Positions 28,717 to 38,109 of a DNA stretch of 64,000 bases are shown in pieces. This DNA comes from an uncultured Eubacteriales bacterium. Lineage in GTDB: Bacteria; Bacillota; Clostridia; Oscillospirales; Acutalibacteraceae. How positions within the stretch are numbered: the stretch's first letter is position 1; every line of letters begins with the position of its first letter. Under the pieces are notes generated by a model. That model had not been told where the DNA came from and ran no database searches. It saw nothing but the letters and a program-made list of their open reading frames with translations. Location: positions 412 through 64,411 of the forward strand of contig CAKVEA010000001.1 in assembly GCA_934728355.1 (NCBI GenBank), given 5' to 3'. Position numbers and translations under genes: made by a program.

Positions 28717-29760
28717 ATGAATAGTTACGGAATCTCGGCAACTATTGCCGCTACTCTTTCATTTTTAATAACTGCAATTTCAGGAAAGTATTTAATACCT
28801 TTTCTTCATAAATTGAAATATGGTCAAACAATTTTAGAAATTGGACCGTCATGGCACAAAAATAAACAAGGAACACCTACCATAGGCGGTATTATGTTTA
28901 TAATCGGAATAACAATTTCAACTTTTATTTGCATTCCTCTTTACTATAAAATTTCGGAAATCTGCGGCTTACATGTTTTTGAAACTCCCTTGATGATATC
29001 AAAAATTTTTGCAGGACTCGGAATGGCTATAGGTTATGGAGCAATCGGATTTATAGATGACTATTTGAAAGTAAAGAAAAAACAAAATCAAGGTTTGACC
29101 CCAAAGCAAAAGTTAATACTTCAATTCACAGTTGTTATATTTTATTTTATCTCGGTTTATCTTGTCAATAAATCAATCGGAGGAGAAAGTTTAACAAAAA
29201 TAAATTTGCCATTTTTGGGTTCTTTTGATATAGGCTTTTTTTACTGGATATTTTTTGCTGTAATAGTTGTCGGCATTGTAAATGCAGCAAACTTAACAGA
29301 CGGAGTAGATGGCCTCTGCACTTCAGTTACATTTTTCATAGCATTGTTTTATATGATAATAACCAACTTACTCGGAATGTTCGGGCTCAGTATTGAATCG
29401 GCAGCTCTAGCAGGAGGATGTCTTGGATTCTTAATATGGAATCTTCACCCCGCAAAAGTTTTTATGGGTGACACAGGTTCACTATTTCTTGGAGGAATGG
29501 TATGTTCATTGGGTCTTAGTGCAGGACTTCACGTTCCAATGATAATTTTATCTTTGATTTACATTTTTGAAATGTTTTCAGTTATATTACAAGTTCTATA
29601 TTTTAAATTAACAGGCGGAAAAAGACTTTTCAAAATGAGTCCTATACATCATCATTTTGAAATGATTGGTTGGAGTGAAACTAAAATATGTACGGTATTT
29701 GGATTGGGAACAATTATATTGGGAATAATTTCTGTAATTCTAGTTTCTTCTAATGTATAA
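28717..29760 (+). CDS. mraY: Phospho-N-acetylmuramoyl-pentapeptide transferase
   Basis: 347 aa. NAANLTDGVDGL and SPIHHHFE. Confidence 0.95.
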   Translation: MNSYGISATIAATLSFLITAISGKYLIPFLHKLKYGQTILEIGPSWHKNKQGTPTIGGIMFIIGITISTFICIPLYYKISEICGLHVFETPLMISKIFAGLGMAIGYGAIGFIDDYLKVKKKQNQGLTPKQKLILQFTVVIFYFISVYLVNKSIGGESLTKINLPFLGSFDIGFFYWIFFAVIVVGIVNAANLTDGVDGLCTSVTFFIALFYMIITNLLGMFGLSIESAALAGGCLGFLIWNLHPAKVFMGDTGSLFLGGMVCSLGLSAGLHVPMIILSLIYIFEMFSVILQVLYFKLTGGKRLFKMSPIHHHFEMIGWSETKICTVFGLGTIILGIISVILVSSNV

Positions 29761-29783
29761 AAACGCAATATAAGGAGTTAAAT

Positions 29784-30989
29784 ATGAGAGCCAAAGGTAT
29801 GAGAAAATTTTTTGACAAATCTTCTCAGGAAAAAGAAAAAACAGTATCAAAAAATAAAAATAATTTAATTTCAAGAATAATTTTAATGAGTGCAGGAATT
29901 GATATCCCTTTTTTGCTTCTTGTGCTGACAATACTCATAATAGGTCTTGTTATGATGTTTTCAGCAAGCTATCCATATGCTATGTATCACAATCACGATA
30001 GTTTTCACTTTATAAAAAGTCAACTTTTATTCGCAGTTTTAGGCGTGGTTGCAATGATTTTCATTTCACATATTGAATACACATTGCTCCATAGATTTTC
30101 TATCCCATTAATAATAACTTCTTTTATACTTCTTGTTTTAGTTCTTTTAATGCCTCCAATGAATGGAGTTCACAGATGGATTCATTTTGGAAGTTTTTCA
30201 TTCCAAGCTTCGGAAATAACTAAATTTGCAATTATTTTATCTTTTTCACACTTTATAAGCTTAAACCTTAATCGAATGCATACTTTTAGATATGGTATTC
30301 TTCCATACCTTATAATTTTAGTCCCAACTATTGCTCTACTGGCACTGGAACCACATATTTCTTGTTCCGCTATAGTCGTTTTGCTTGCTGCAGGAATGCT
30401 CTTTATTGGTGGAATACAGCTCAAATGGTTTGGAATGGTTTTAGGAGCAATAGCTTCCGCACTTCTCTACTTAGTAATTTTCACAGATAAATTAACATAC
30501 GCAAATAATAGAATCTCCGGTTGGCTAGACCCGTTTGGGGCTTCCTCAGGAGTTGATACTTGGCAAACAAGACAAGGACTTTATGCTATAGGATCAGGTG
30601 GAATATTAGGTCTTGGACTTGGAAATTCAAGACAGAAATATCTTTATATTCCAGAGCCTCAAAATGATTTTATTTTTTCAGTAGTATGTGAAGAACTTGG
30701 ACTTATTGGTGCAGTAGTCATTTTACTTTTATTTGCACTTCTCGTTTGGAGAGGAATGATTATATCAATAAGAGCAAAAGATAAATTCGGCATGCTTTTG
30801 GGAATCGGACTGACAGCACAGGTAGGACTACAGGTAATTCTAAATATATCTGTTGTAACAAATACCATACCGAATACAGGAATAAGTTTGCCATTTTTCA
30901 GCTATGGAGGAACTTCTTTAATGATGCTTCTGGCACAAATGGGAGTAATCCTTTCTATTTCAAGATCTTCTCACTTAGAAAAAAGTTAA
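29784..30989 (+). CDS. SEDS-family peptidoglycan glycosyltransferase (FtsW/SpoVE)
   Basis: 401 aa polytopic protein. PEPQNDFIFSVVCEELG and PNTGISLPFFSYGGTS. Confidence 0.9.
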   Translation: MRAKGMRKFFDKSSQEKEKTVSKNKNNLISRIILMSAGIDIPFLLLVLTILIIGLVMMFSASYPYAMYHNHDSFHFIKSQLLFAVLGVVAMIFISHIEYTLLHRFSIPLIITSFILLVLVLLMPPMNGVHRWIHFGSFSFQASEITKFAIILSFSHFISLNLNRMHTFRYGILPYLIILVPTIALLALEPHISCSAIVVLLAAGMLFIGGIQLKWFGMVLGAIASALLYLVIFTDKLTYANNRISGWLDPFGASSGVDTWQTRQGLYAIGSGGILGLGLGNSRQKYLYIPEPQNDFIFSVVCEELGLIGAVVILLLFALLVWRGMIISIRAKDKFGMLLGIGLTAQVGLQVILNISVVTNTIPNTGISLPFFSYGGTSLMMLLAQMGVILSISRSSHLEKS

Positions 30990-31014
30990 AAAATACCATT
31001 AAGGAGTTTTAAAA

Positions 31015-32121
31015 ATGAAAATATTATTCGTTGGCGGAGGAACAGCCGGACATATAAATCCTGCACTTGCACTTGCAGAATATGCAAGAAAAAAAGACCC
31101 CAAAAATGAAATCCTTTATGTAGGTGCAAAAGGCGGAATGGAAGAAAAATTAGTTGAAAAAGCCGGGTTTAAATTTAGCCCTATAACCATTTCAGGATTT
31201 TCGAGGAAAATGAATTTAAGTTCCTTAAAGAAAAATATAACAACAATAAAAAACATAATAATTTCGAGTTTCGAGTCAATAAAAATACTAAAAGATTTTA
31301 ATCCGGATATCTGCGTAGGAACAGGTGGCTACGTTTGTGGACCTCTTTTAAGAGAAGCTTACAGATTGAAAATTCCTTTTATTATTCATGATTCAAATTC
31401 ATACCCGGGATTAACAACTAAATTACTTTCGAAAAAAGCAACTAAAGTTTTAGTCTCATTTGAAGATATAAAAAATCGATTACCAAAAAATATTGACATA
31501 ATTTTAACAGGTACACCAGTCAGAGAAAAAATACTTTGTCTAAACAAGCAAGCTGCAAAACAAAAACTTGGATTAAATGAAAACCCTACTGTTTTATCTT
31601 TCGGCGGAAGCTTAGGGGCAAGATCAATAAACGAAGTTATGGCAAAAATAATAATATCAAAAGAAAATAATTTTAACTATATTCACGGATTTGGAAGAAA
31701 AGGAAAATCATTTGTTGAAAATCTTGAAAATTCTAAAATTGATATTTCAAATTCAAGATACATAGTAAAAGAATATATAGAAAATATGGACGAATGTCTT
31801 GCAGCAGCTGATGTCGTAGTTTGCAGAGCGGGTGCAACAACTTTAAGTGAACTACAAGCTTCTAAAGCTCCTGCTATATTAATTCCTTCTCCAAATGTAG
31901 CGGAAAATCATCAATATTACAATGCTTTATCTTTAGTAAATGCAAAAGCATCAAGTATGGTAGAAGAAAAAAATTTAACGCCCGAAACTTTATACAATGA
32001 AATAACTAAAATAATAAACAGTCCAGATAGACTTAATTATCCACAAAATTTAGAAAAAATGTCAATAAAAAATTCTTGTGAAATAATTTACAAAATAATT
32101 GAAGAATCTGCTAAAAAATAA
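31015..32121 (+). CDS. murG: UDP-N-acetylglucosamine-N-acetylmuramyl-(pentapeptide) pyrophosphoryl-undecaprenol GlcNAc transferase
   Basis: 368 aa. GGGTAGHINPALA and CRAGATTLSEL. Confidence 0.93.
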   Translation: MKILFVGGGTAGHINPALALAEYARKKDPKNEILYVGAKGGMEEKLVEKAGFKFSPITISGFSRKMNLSSLKKNITTIKNIIISSFESIKILKDFNPDICVGTGGYVCGPLLREAYRLKIPFIIHDSNSYPGLTTKLLSKKATKVLVSFEDIKNRLPKNIDIILTGTPVREKILCLNKQAAKQKLGLNENPTVLSFGGSLGARSINEVMAKIIISKENNFNYIHGFGRKGKSFVENLENSKIDISNSRYIVKEYIENMDECLAAADVVVCRAGATTLSELQASKAPAILIPSPNVAENHQYYNALSLVNAKASSMVEEKNLTPETLYNEITKIINSPDRLNYPQNLEKMSIKNSCEIIYKIIEESAKK

Positions 32122-32133
32122 GGAGGAATTTTT

Positions 32134-32826
32134 TTGAATTATTCATCAAATTTAGAAAATATGTGTGAAATAAACAGATGTCCACATCATGGCCCCTCAC
32201 CTATTCCTGAAGAAGGAAATTGGGTACAAGCATATGAAATTAAAAATATTTCGGGGCTTTCTCACGGAGTTGGAAAATGTGCACCGCAACAAGGGGCATG
32301 CAAACTAACTTTAAATGTTAAAAACGGAGTCATAGAAGAAGCTTTAGTCGAAACAATAGGGTGTTCAGGAATGACTCATTCGGCAGCAATGGCAGGAGAA
32401 ATTTTACCGGGGAAAACAATACTTGAAGCACTTAATACCGATCTTGTGTGTGACGCAATAAATGATGCGATGAAACAAATCTTTTTACAACTTGTTTATG
32501 GAAGATCTCAAACGGCTTTTTCTAAAGGAGGATTACCAATAGGATCAAGTCTTGAAGATTTGGGAAAAAATAAAACTTCTCAGGTAGGAACTATTTTTGG
32601 AACAAATCTCAAAGGTGTCAGGTATATGAACACAACTGAAGGGTATATTATTTCCCTTGGACTTGACGAAAATAAAGAAGTAATCGGATATAAATTCATA
32701 AATGCATTTTCAATGATTGAAAAAATCAAAAAAGGAATTTCACCCCAAAAAGCATATGAAGAAAGTATAGGAACATACGGTAGATATAATGAAGCCACAA
32801 CATTCGTAGACCCCAGAAACGAATAA
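32134..32826 (+). CDS. NifU/IscU N-terminal-like domain protein, the usual partner of GGGtGRT proteins
   Basis: 230 aa, TTG start 7 nt after AGGAGG. Cys motifs CPHHG, GKCAPQQGAC and GCSGMTHSAAMAGE resemble an Fe-S scaffold fold. Confidence 0.6.
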   Translation: MNYSSNLENMCEINRCPHHGPSPIPEEGNWVQAYEIKNISGLSHGVGKCAPQQGACKLTLNVKNGVIEEALVETIGCSGMTHSAAMAGEILPGKTILEALNTDLVCDAINDAMKQIFLQLVYGRSQTAFSKGGLPIGSSLEDLGKNKTSQVGTIFGTNLKGVRYMNTTEGYIISLGLDENKEVIGYKFINAFSMIEKIKKGISPQKAYEESIGTYGRYNEATTFVDPRNE

Positions 32827-32830
32827 TTTT

Positions 32831-33847
32831 ATGAAAGAGATGAATAAAATGGTATCCTTCGAAGGAAAAGAAAGAAGAATAAAAAATATAGAAAAATTTT
32901 TAAAAAACCAAAATATTGAAAACTTGGAAACTGCAAAAAAAATATGCTTAGAAAACAAAATAGACGTAGAGAAAATAGTCAGAGATATACAACCTATAGC
33001 TTTTGAAAATGCAGTTTGGGCATATACTTTAGGATGTGCAGCAGCTATTAAAAGCAATCCTAAAACAGCTTCGGAAGCAGCTGAGATTATAGGTAAGGGT
33101 CTGCAAGCTTTTTGCGTTTCCGGATCAGTGGCAGACGCAAGAAAAGTAGGAATAGGTCACGGAATGCTTGCTTCAAAACTTCTCAAAGAAGAAACTTCAT
33201 GTTTTGCTTTTATTGCAGGACATGAGTCATTTGCAGCCGCAGAAGGTGCAATTGGAATAGTAAATTTTGCAAATAAAGTCAGAAAAAAACCTCTTAAGGT
33301 AATTTTAAATGGTCTTGGAAAAGATGCAGCATATATAATTTCAAGAATAAATGGGTTTACTTACGTTCATACAAATTACAATTTTGAAAAAAGAAATCTC
33401 GAAATTATTTCTGAAAAATCTTTTTCCACAGGTCCACGTTCATCAATAAAATGTTACGGAGCAAACGAAACTTTGGAAGGAGTTGAAATTTTAAAACATG
33501 AAAAAGTTGATATATCTATAACCGGAAATTCAACTAACCCAACAAGATTTCAACATATTGTAGCAGGAATATATAAAAAATGGATTAATGAAAATAACTA
33601 TAAATATTTTTCTGTTGCTTCAGGAGGAGGCACCGGAAGAACTCTTCATCCGGACAATATGGCAGCAGGTCCGGCATCTTACGGGCTTACTGATTCTATG
33701 GGAAGAATGCATAGTGACGCACAATTTGCAGGATCCTCTTCCGTTCCGACACATGTTGATATGATGGGATTTATCGGTATGGGAAATAACCCAATGGTAG
33801 GTGCAACTGTTGCGTGTGCAGTAAAAATTTCTGAATTATTCAAGTAA
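32831..33847 (+). CDS. GGGtGRT family protein (conserved, function unknown)
   Basis: 338 aa. Contains the eponymous SGGGTGRTLHPDN motif. The start codon is uncertain (ATGs at 32831, 32840 and 32849). Confidence 0.75.
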   Translation: MKEMNKMVSFEGKERRIKNIEKFLKNQNIENLETAKKICLENKIDVEKIVRDIQPIAFENAVWAYTLGCAAAIKSNPKTASEAAEIIGKGLQAFCVSGSVADARKVGIGHGMLASKLLKEETSCFAFIAGHESFAAAEGAIGIVNFANKVRKKPLKVILNGLGKDAAYIISRINGFTYVHTNYNFEKRNLEIISEKSFSTGPRSSIKCYGANETLEGVEILKHEKVDISITGNSTNPTRFQHIVAGIYKKWINENNYKYFSVASGGGTGRTLHPDNMAAGPASYGLTDSMGRMHSDAQFAGSSSVPTHVDMMGFIGMGNNPMVGATVACAVKISELFK

Positions 33848-33947
33848 TATTATTCACCATTCAAATTTATTTATTTTTAACATTTTTTAAAATTCATAAG
33901 CATTTTAAATTTTAAAATTTTTTAATTTTTTTTATGTAAAATTACTC

Positions 33948-33976
33948 TTGATTTAGACATTACAGTCTGATAAAAT
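33948..33976 (+). promoter_or_regulatory. Candidate sigma-A promoter in the GGGtGRT-spoVAD spacer
   Basis: TTGATT, a 17-nt spacer, then TAAAAT. A second TATAAT lies at 33984-33989. Confidence 0.35.
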
Positions 33977-33995
33977 TCAGTAGTATAATAATAAG

Positions 33996-34187
33996 TTGGT
34001 GGGTGATATTTTGGAAGATAATAAATCAGAAAAAAATCAATCCTCTTTCCAATTGAATACATTTATGAAAGAAAAGATACTTAAAATGTATGGAATAAAA
34101 AATGATCCTGCATTAAATGAAAAAAATTACAAAGATCAAAATAAGGCCATTTCAAGCCTTTTTCCTTATGATAATGATGATGTTTAA
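33996..34187 (+). CDS. Doubtful small ORF (63 aa, TTG start, no SD)
   Basis: The ORF is bounded by a candidate promoter and a downstream hairpin. It has no family resemblance and no ribosome-binding site. Confidence 0.25.
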   Translation: MVGDILEDNKSEKNQSSFQLNTFMKEKILKMYGIKNDPALNEKNYKDQNKAISSLFPYDNDDV

Positions 34188-34216
34188 AAATCGCAAATAT
34201 TTCCACTGAAATGCGA

Positions 34217-34250
34217 AATACTAAGAAAGAAATGATTCTATCTTAGTATT
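34217..34250 (+). terminator. Hairpin plus T-run 26 nt upstream of spoVAD
   Basis: aatactaaga-(14-nt loop)-tcttagtatt forms a 10-bp stem, followed by tttaatttttt. Confidence 0.5.
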
Positions 34251-34276
34251 TTTAATTTTTTAGGAGTGATTATCAT

Positions 34277-35287
34277 ATGGCAAAAAGAATAGGAGAATTC
34301 ACAGTAGAAATGCAAAACTACCCTACAATAAAAGAATTTGCCGCAACAGCAGGAAGAAAAGAATCGGAAGGCCCTTTAGGAGAAGAATTCGACAAATGTT
34401 TTGAAGATACTACTTTAGGTGAATCTTCATGGGAAAAAGCAGAAAGCAGTCTTCAAACAGAAACAGTAAAAATACTTTTAAAAAAATGTAAAATGGATAC
34501 ATCTGAAATAAATTACATTTTTGCAGGTGATCTTCTTAATCAATGTATGTCTTCGGCATTTGGACTTCGTTCCCTAAACATACCGTTTCTAGGTCAATTT
34601 GGGGCATGTTCAACAATGGCTCAATCTCTTTTTTTAGCGGCGACTAGTGTAGAGGCAGGAATAGCAGATTACTCAGTAGCAGTTACGTCTTCGCATTACT
34701 GTTCATCTGAAAGACAATTCAGATTTCCCCTTCAATATGGTGGGCAAAGAACTCCAACAGCTCAGTGGACAGTAACCGGATCAGGAGCAATCCTGGTCTC
34801 AAGAAAAGATAGCGGCCCAAAAATAAAATACTGCACAATAGGAAGAATTACAGATCTTGGAATAAAAGATGCTAACAACATGGGAGCAGCAATGGCACCA
34901 TCTGCAGCAAAAACTATTATTTCATTTTTTAAAGATACAAAAACTCGTCCTGATGATTATGATTTAATTTTAACTGGAGACTTAGGAGAAGTCGGATCAA
35001 CACTTTTAAAACAGCTACTGGAAAAAGAAGGTATAAAACTCAAAGAAAATTATAATGATTGCGGTCTTATGATTTATTACAAAGAAAAGCAAGATGTTCA
35101 TGCAGGAGGCTCAGGTTGTGGATGTTCAGCATCAATTTTATGTTCTCATATACTAAGCAAAGTAAAAAGAAAAGAGCTTAAAAATATTCTTTTTATTGCC
35201 ACAGGAGCTTTAATGTCGCCTACATCTGCTCAGCAAGGTGAAACTATTCCCGGGGTTGCTCATCTTATAAATATAGTTTCAGAGTAA
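34277..35287 (+). CDS. spoVAD: Stage V sporulation protein AD (thiolase-fold, DPA channel component)
   Basis: 336 aa. Colinear with B. subtilis SpoVAD as I recall it (GDLLNQ, GACSTM, TSSH..ERQFR.P..YGGQ, DYDLILTGDLG, NDCGLMIY, GGSGCGCSA). Confidence 0.9.
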   Translation: MAKRIGEFTVEMQNYPTIKEFAATAGRKESEGPLGEEFDKCFEDTTLGESSWEKAESSLQTETVKILLKKCKMDTSEINYIFAGDLLNQCMSSAFGLRSLNIPFLGQFGACSTMAQSLFLAATSVEAGIADYSVAVTSSHYCSSERQFRFPLQYGGQRTPTAQWTVTGSGAILVSRKDSGPKIKYCTIGRITDLGIKDANNMGAAMAPSAAKTIISFFKDTKTRPDDYDLILTGDLGEVGSTLLKQLLEKEGIKLKENYNDCGLMIYYKEKQDVHAGGSGCGCSASILCSHILSKVKRKELKNILFIATGALMSPTSAQQGETIPGVAHLINIVSE

Positions 35288-35355
35288 AATAAAAAGCAAA
35301 AATTATACCACTCTTTTTTGGTAAAGAGCGGTATTTTAATTTAAAAAAGTTTAAA

Positions 35356-36573
35356 TTAGCCTTTTAAAATTTCTTTTGGAAAACATTTATTTTCCATCGC
35401 ATATGTAAGATCCAAAACTTCTACATCGCAGTTTTCTTCACTTACATCAATTTTTTTATCATAAGGGACAGAAATTACAAAACGATCCCTTTCATTAACA
35501 TATACTTTTTTCTTTTCCCCATTTTCGGTACAAAACTCATTTTCTTTCCACAGGTTTTCATCAAAATTAAATTCTACTTCATTTGATGTAAAAATGCCAC
35601 TAATTTTTTTTAAATTATTGTCACTACAAAAATAAGGTGAAATTGTTCTCTTTTCTCCGCCGAGTTCTTTTAAAGTTATTCCTTTGTTATTTAAAGAATA
35701 CAACCATCTTGTGAAAGAATATTTTATTCCGCCGCAGCTATCGACTGGTATTTCACGACTGCACCAAATCACAGGTCTTTTTTCGCATAAAAATTTTTTA
35801 AATTTTGCTTTACTTTCTATTGCATATGATATTCCACATTTTTCCTTTACAATGTTTGCAAAAGAAATCTCTTCAGGAGTGCTTTTGGAATCTAGTGCCA
35901 TTGCTGCATAAATTCTAGCATCAGCAACTGTCAATAATCCTTTTTTTAATGAGAATACTAACTTATTTTTTGCATCAATATAATAATCTTTTCCTGAAAC
36001 GTTGACTTTTTCTAAATCGCTTTTTCCTTTAAGATTTTCATCTTCGCAATTTTTATCTAGCAAAACTACATTATCCAAATCAATACGTAAACCTTCATTA
36101 AACTTTAAAGTAGCAACTGAACCTGTACAACTTATATCCAAATTATCAATATCATTAGTAATTTCATTAAGTGGTACAAATTTCTCTTCCTCAACACCAT
36201 CTTTGTTTTTTTCAATTACCTTTAAGATAATCATATCTTTTATTTTTTTAACAAGTTCATCCTCATTACCTGCAAAAGAATCATAAGTTCTTTCCCACGC
36301 AGCTATTTTTAAAATATTATCAGGGGTTTCTTTAATTCTACTAGGAAAGATTAGTGGTCTATTAACGAGATACTCAAAATCTCTTACTTTGTCTACAAAT
36401 CTTTCATGTGGTAAAACAACTTTTTTCTCCCAAAAGTATGGGTCCCATTTCGGCGGATAAATTCCTGCTGTTACAATACTATCCGGATTATATGCATATG
36501 TCGGAACGACTGCACCGGAAATTGATAAAATAGAAAGCATTGCTGCTATAGATTTTGAAAATTTCTTATTCAT
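35356..36573 (-). CDS. Hypothetical secreted protein
   Basis: Start set at MNKKFSK (ATG 36573) with GGAGGAG upstream. Signal peptide ...SISGAVVPTYA. No family recognised. Confidence 0.6.
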   Translation of the reverse strand: MNKKFSKSIAAMLSILSISGAVVPTYAYNPDSIVTAGIYPPKWDPYFWEKKVVLPHERFVDKVRDFEYLVNRPLIFPSRIKETPDNILKIAAWERTYDSFAGNEDELVKKIKDMIILKVIEKNKDGVEEEKFVPLNEITNDIDNLDISCTGSVATLKFNEGLRIDLDNVVLLDKNCEDENLKGKSDLEKVNVSGKDYYIDAKNKLVFSLKKGLLTVADARIYAAMALDSKSTPEEISFANIVKEKCGISYAIESKAKFKKFLCEKRPVIWCSREIPVDSCGGIKYSFTRWLYSLNNKGITLKELGGEKRTISPYFCSDNNLKKISGIFTSNEVEFNFDENLWKENEFCTENGEKKKVYVNERDRFVISVPYDKKIDVSEENCDVEVLDLTYAMENKCFPKEILKG

Positions 36574-36879
36574 AACTCCTCCTGAAATTACATAAAATTT
36601 TTCGTTTGAAATATTGATAATCAAACCTATATCCAATGTTTTTGTAATGATTTATTACATAATATATAATACTGCTTTGAATGTATATTTTCAACCCCTT
36701 TTTACATAAAATTAAAATATTCTTATATAATTAATAAAAGCATTTATATTTAAAAGTATAAATTATATAAATTAAATAAATAAAATTCAAAATAAAAAAT
36801 AGAAGTATTAAAAAAATAATACCTCTATAGATTTTTAATTTAATGTATCAGACTAAAATCAATTGTATTTTATTAAATA

Positions 36880-36905
36880 AAAATGTGGCTTTTATAAGCC
36901 ACATT
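36880..36905 (-). terminator. Rho-independent terminator after the ACP gene
   Basis: aaatgtggctt-ttat-aagccacattt forms an 11-bp stem with a T-rich tail on the minus strand. Confidence 0.75.
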
Positions 36906-36914
36906 TACTTAATT

Positions 36915-37166
36915 TTAAGAAAGTCCGGTAACATCTGAAACATAATTTACTATATCTCCAACTGTTGTTATAGATTCCATAATATCGTCATCGGATTCTA
37001 TATCAATGTCGAATTCGTCTTCAACAGAAGCCAAAAGATCTGCTAAATCAAGTGAATCTGCCTCCAAATCATTAAATAAGTCCGTTTCCAGAGTAATTTC
37101 AGACTCATCTATGTCAAATTGTTCACTTAAAATTACTTTCAATTTTTCTAAAACCATTTTAATCAT
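36915..37166 (-). CDS. Acyl carrier protein (orphan, very acidic)
   Basis: 83 aa from MIKMVLEKL. Has the phosphopantetheine site LEADSLDLADLLASVEDEFDIDI. AAAGGAAG lies upstream of the ATG at 37166. Confidence 0.75.
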   Translation of the reverse strand: MIKMVLEKLKVILSEQFDIDESEITLETDLFNDLEADSLDLADLLASVEDEFDIDIESDDDIMESITTVGDIVNYVSDVTGLS

Positions 37167-37353
37167 CGCTTCCTTTCTTAAACTCACAGTTTCTAAATAA
37201 TATTAATAATGAAAATGAAATTGTTTGTCAAGTAATAATGTTTCAACTTGCTACTTCACTCATACTACCATATAAAATTTTATTGTCAATACATATTTTT
37301 TTACTTTAAAAACTCACACCGTTTTAAAATTAAAAAATGGTGCGAGCTCAGAA

Positions 37354-38097
37354 TCAACTAGATTCCCCAACTATAAACCTTGAAAGAAATTGTTGAGTTC
37401 TTTCATTTTTCGGATTAACTAAAATATCCTCAGGAGTACCTTCTTCACAAATAACTCCACCATCCATAAAAGAAATTTTAGTAGAAACTTCTTTCGCAAA
37501 TGCCATTTCATGCGTTACTATTATCATGGTAAGACCAAAATCAGCAAGCTCTTTCATAACCTTAAGAACCTCACCGACTGTTTCAGGATCAAGTGCTGAA
37601 GTAGGCTCATCGAAAAGCAAAACTTTAGGATTCATTGCTAAAGCTCTTGCAATAGCTACTCTTTGCTTTTGACCTCCTGAAAGTTGTTTAGGCTTTGCAT
37701 CTGCAAATCTTAACATCTGAACTTGATCTAAAAATCTTATAGCATCTCTGCGTGCTTCATTTGAATTTCTTTTCAAAACACGTACAGGTCCGACCATACA
37801 ATTTTCAAGAACACTTAAATTACTAAATAGATTAAATTGCTGGAAAACCATTCCTACTTCAGAACGATATTTATCGATATTATAGCCATTTGAAAGTATA
37901 TTCTTACCACCATAAATAATTTCACCTGAATCGGGTCTTTCAAGTAAATTTATACATCTCAAAAAAGTAGATTTACCGGAACCCGAAGGTCCTATTATGC
38001 AAGAAACATCTCCTTCTCTAATGCTGTAATTAACACCTTTAAGTATTTCGTTATTTCCAAAAGATTTTCTAAGTCTTTTAACTTCTATAATACTCAT
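37354..38097 (-). CDS. Polar amino acid ABC transporter, ATP-binding protein
   Basis: 247 aa. [24 protein letters not shown] and [11 protein letters not shown]. Confidence 0.92.
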   Translation of the reverse strand: MSIIEVKRLRKSFGNNEILKGVNYSIREGDVSCIIGPSGSGKSTFLRCINLLERPDSGEIIYGGKNILSNGYNIDKYRSEVGMVFQQFNLFSNLSVLENCMVGPVRVLKRNSNEARRDAIRFLDQVQMLRFADAKPKQLSGGQKQRVAIARALAMNPKVLLFDEPTSALDPETVGEVLKVMKELADFGLTMIIVTHEMAFAKEVSTKISFMDGGVICEEGTPEDILVNPKNERTQQFLSRFIVGESS

Positions 38098-38109
38098 TTT
38101 ATTTCCACC

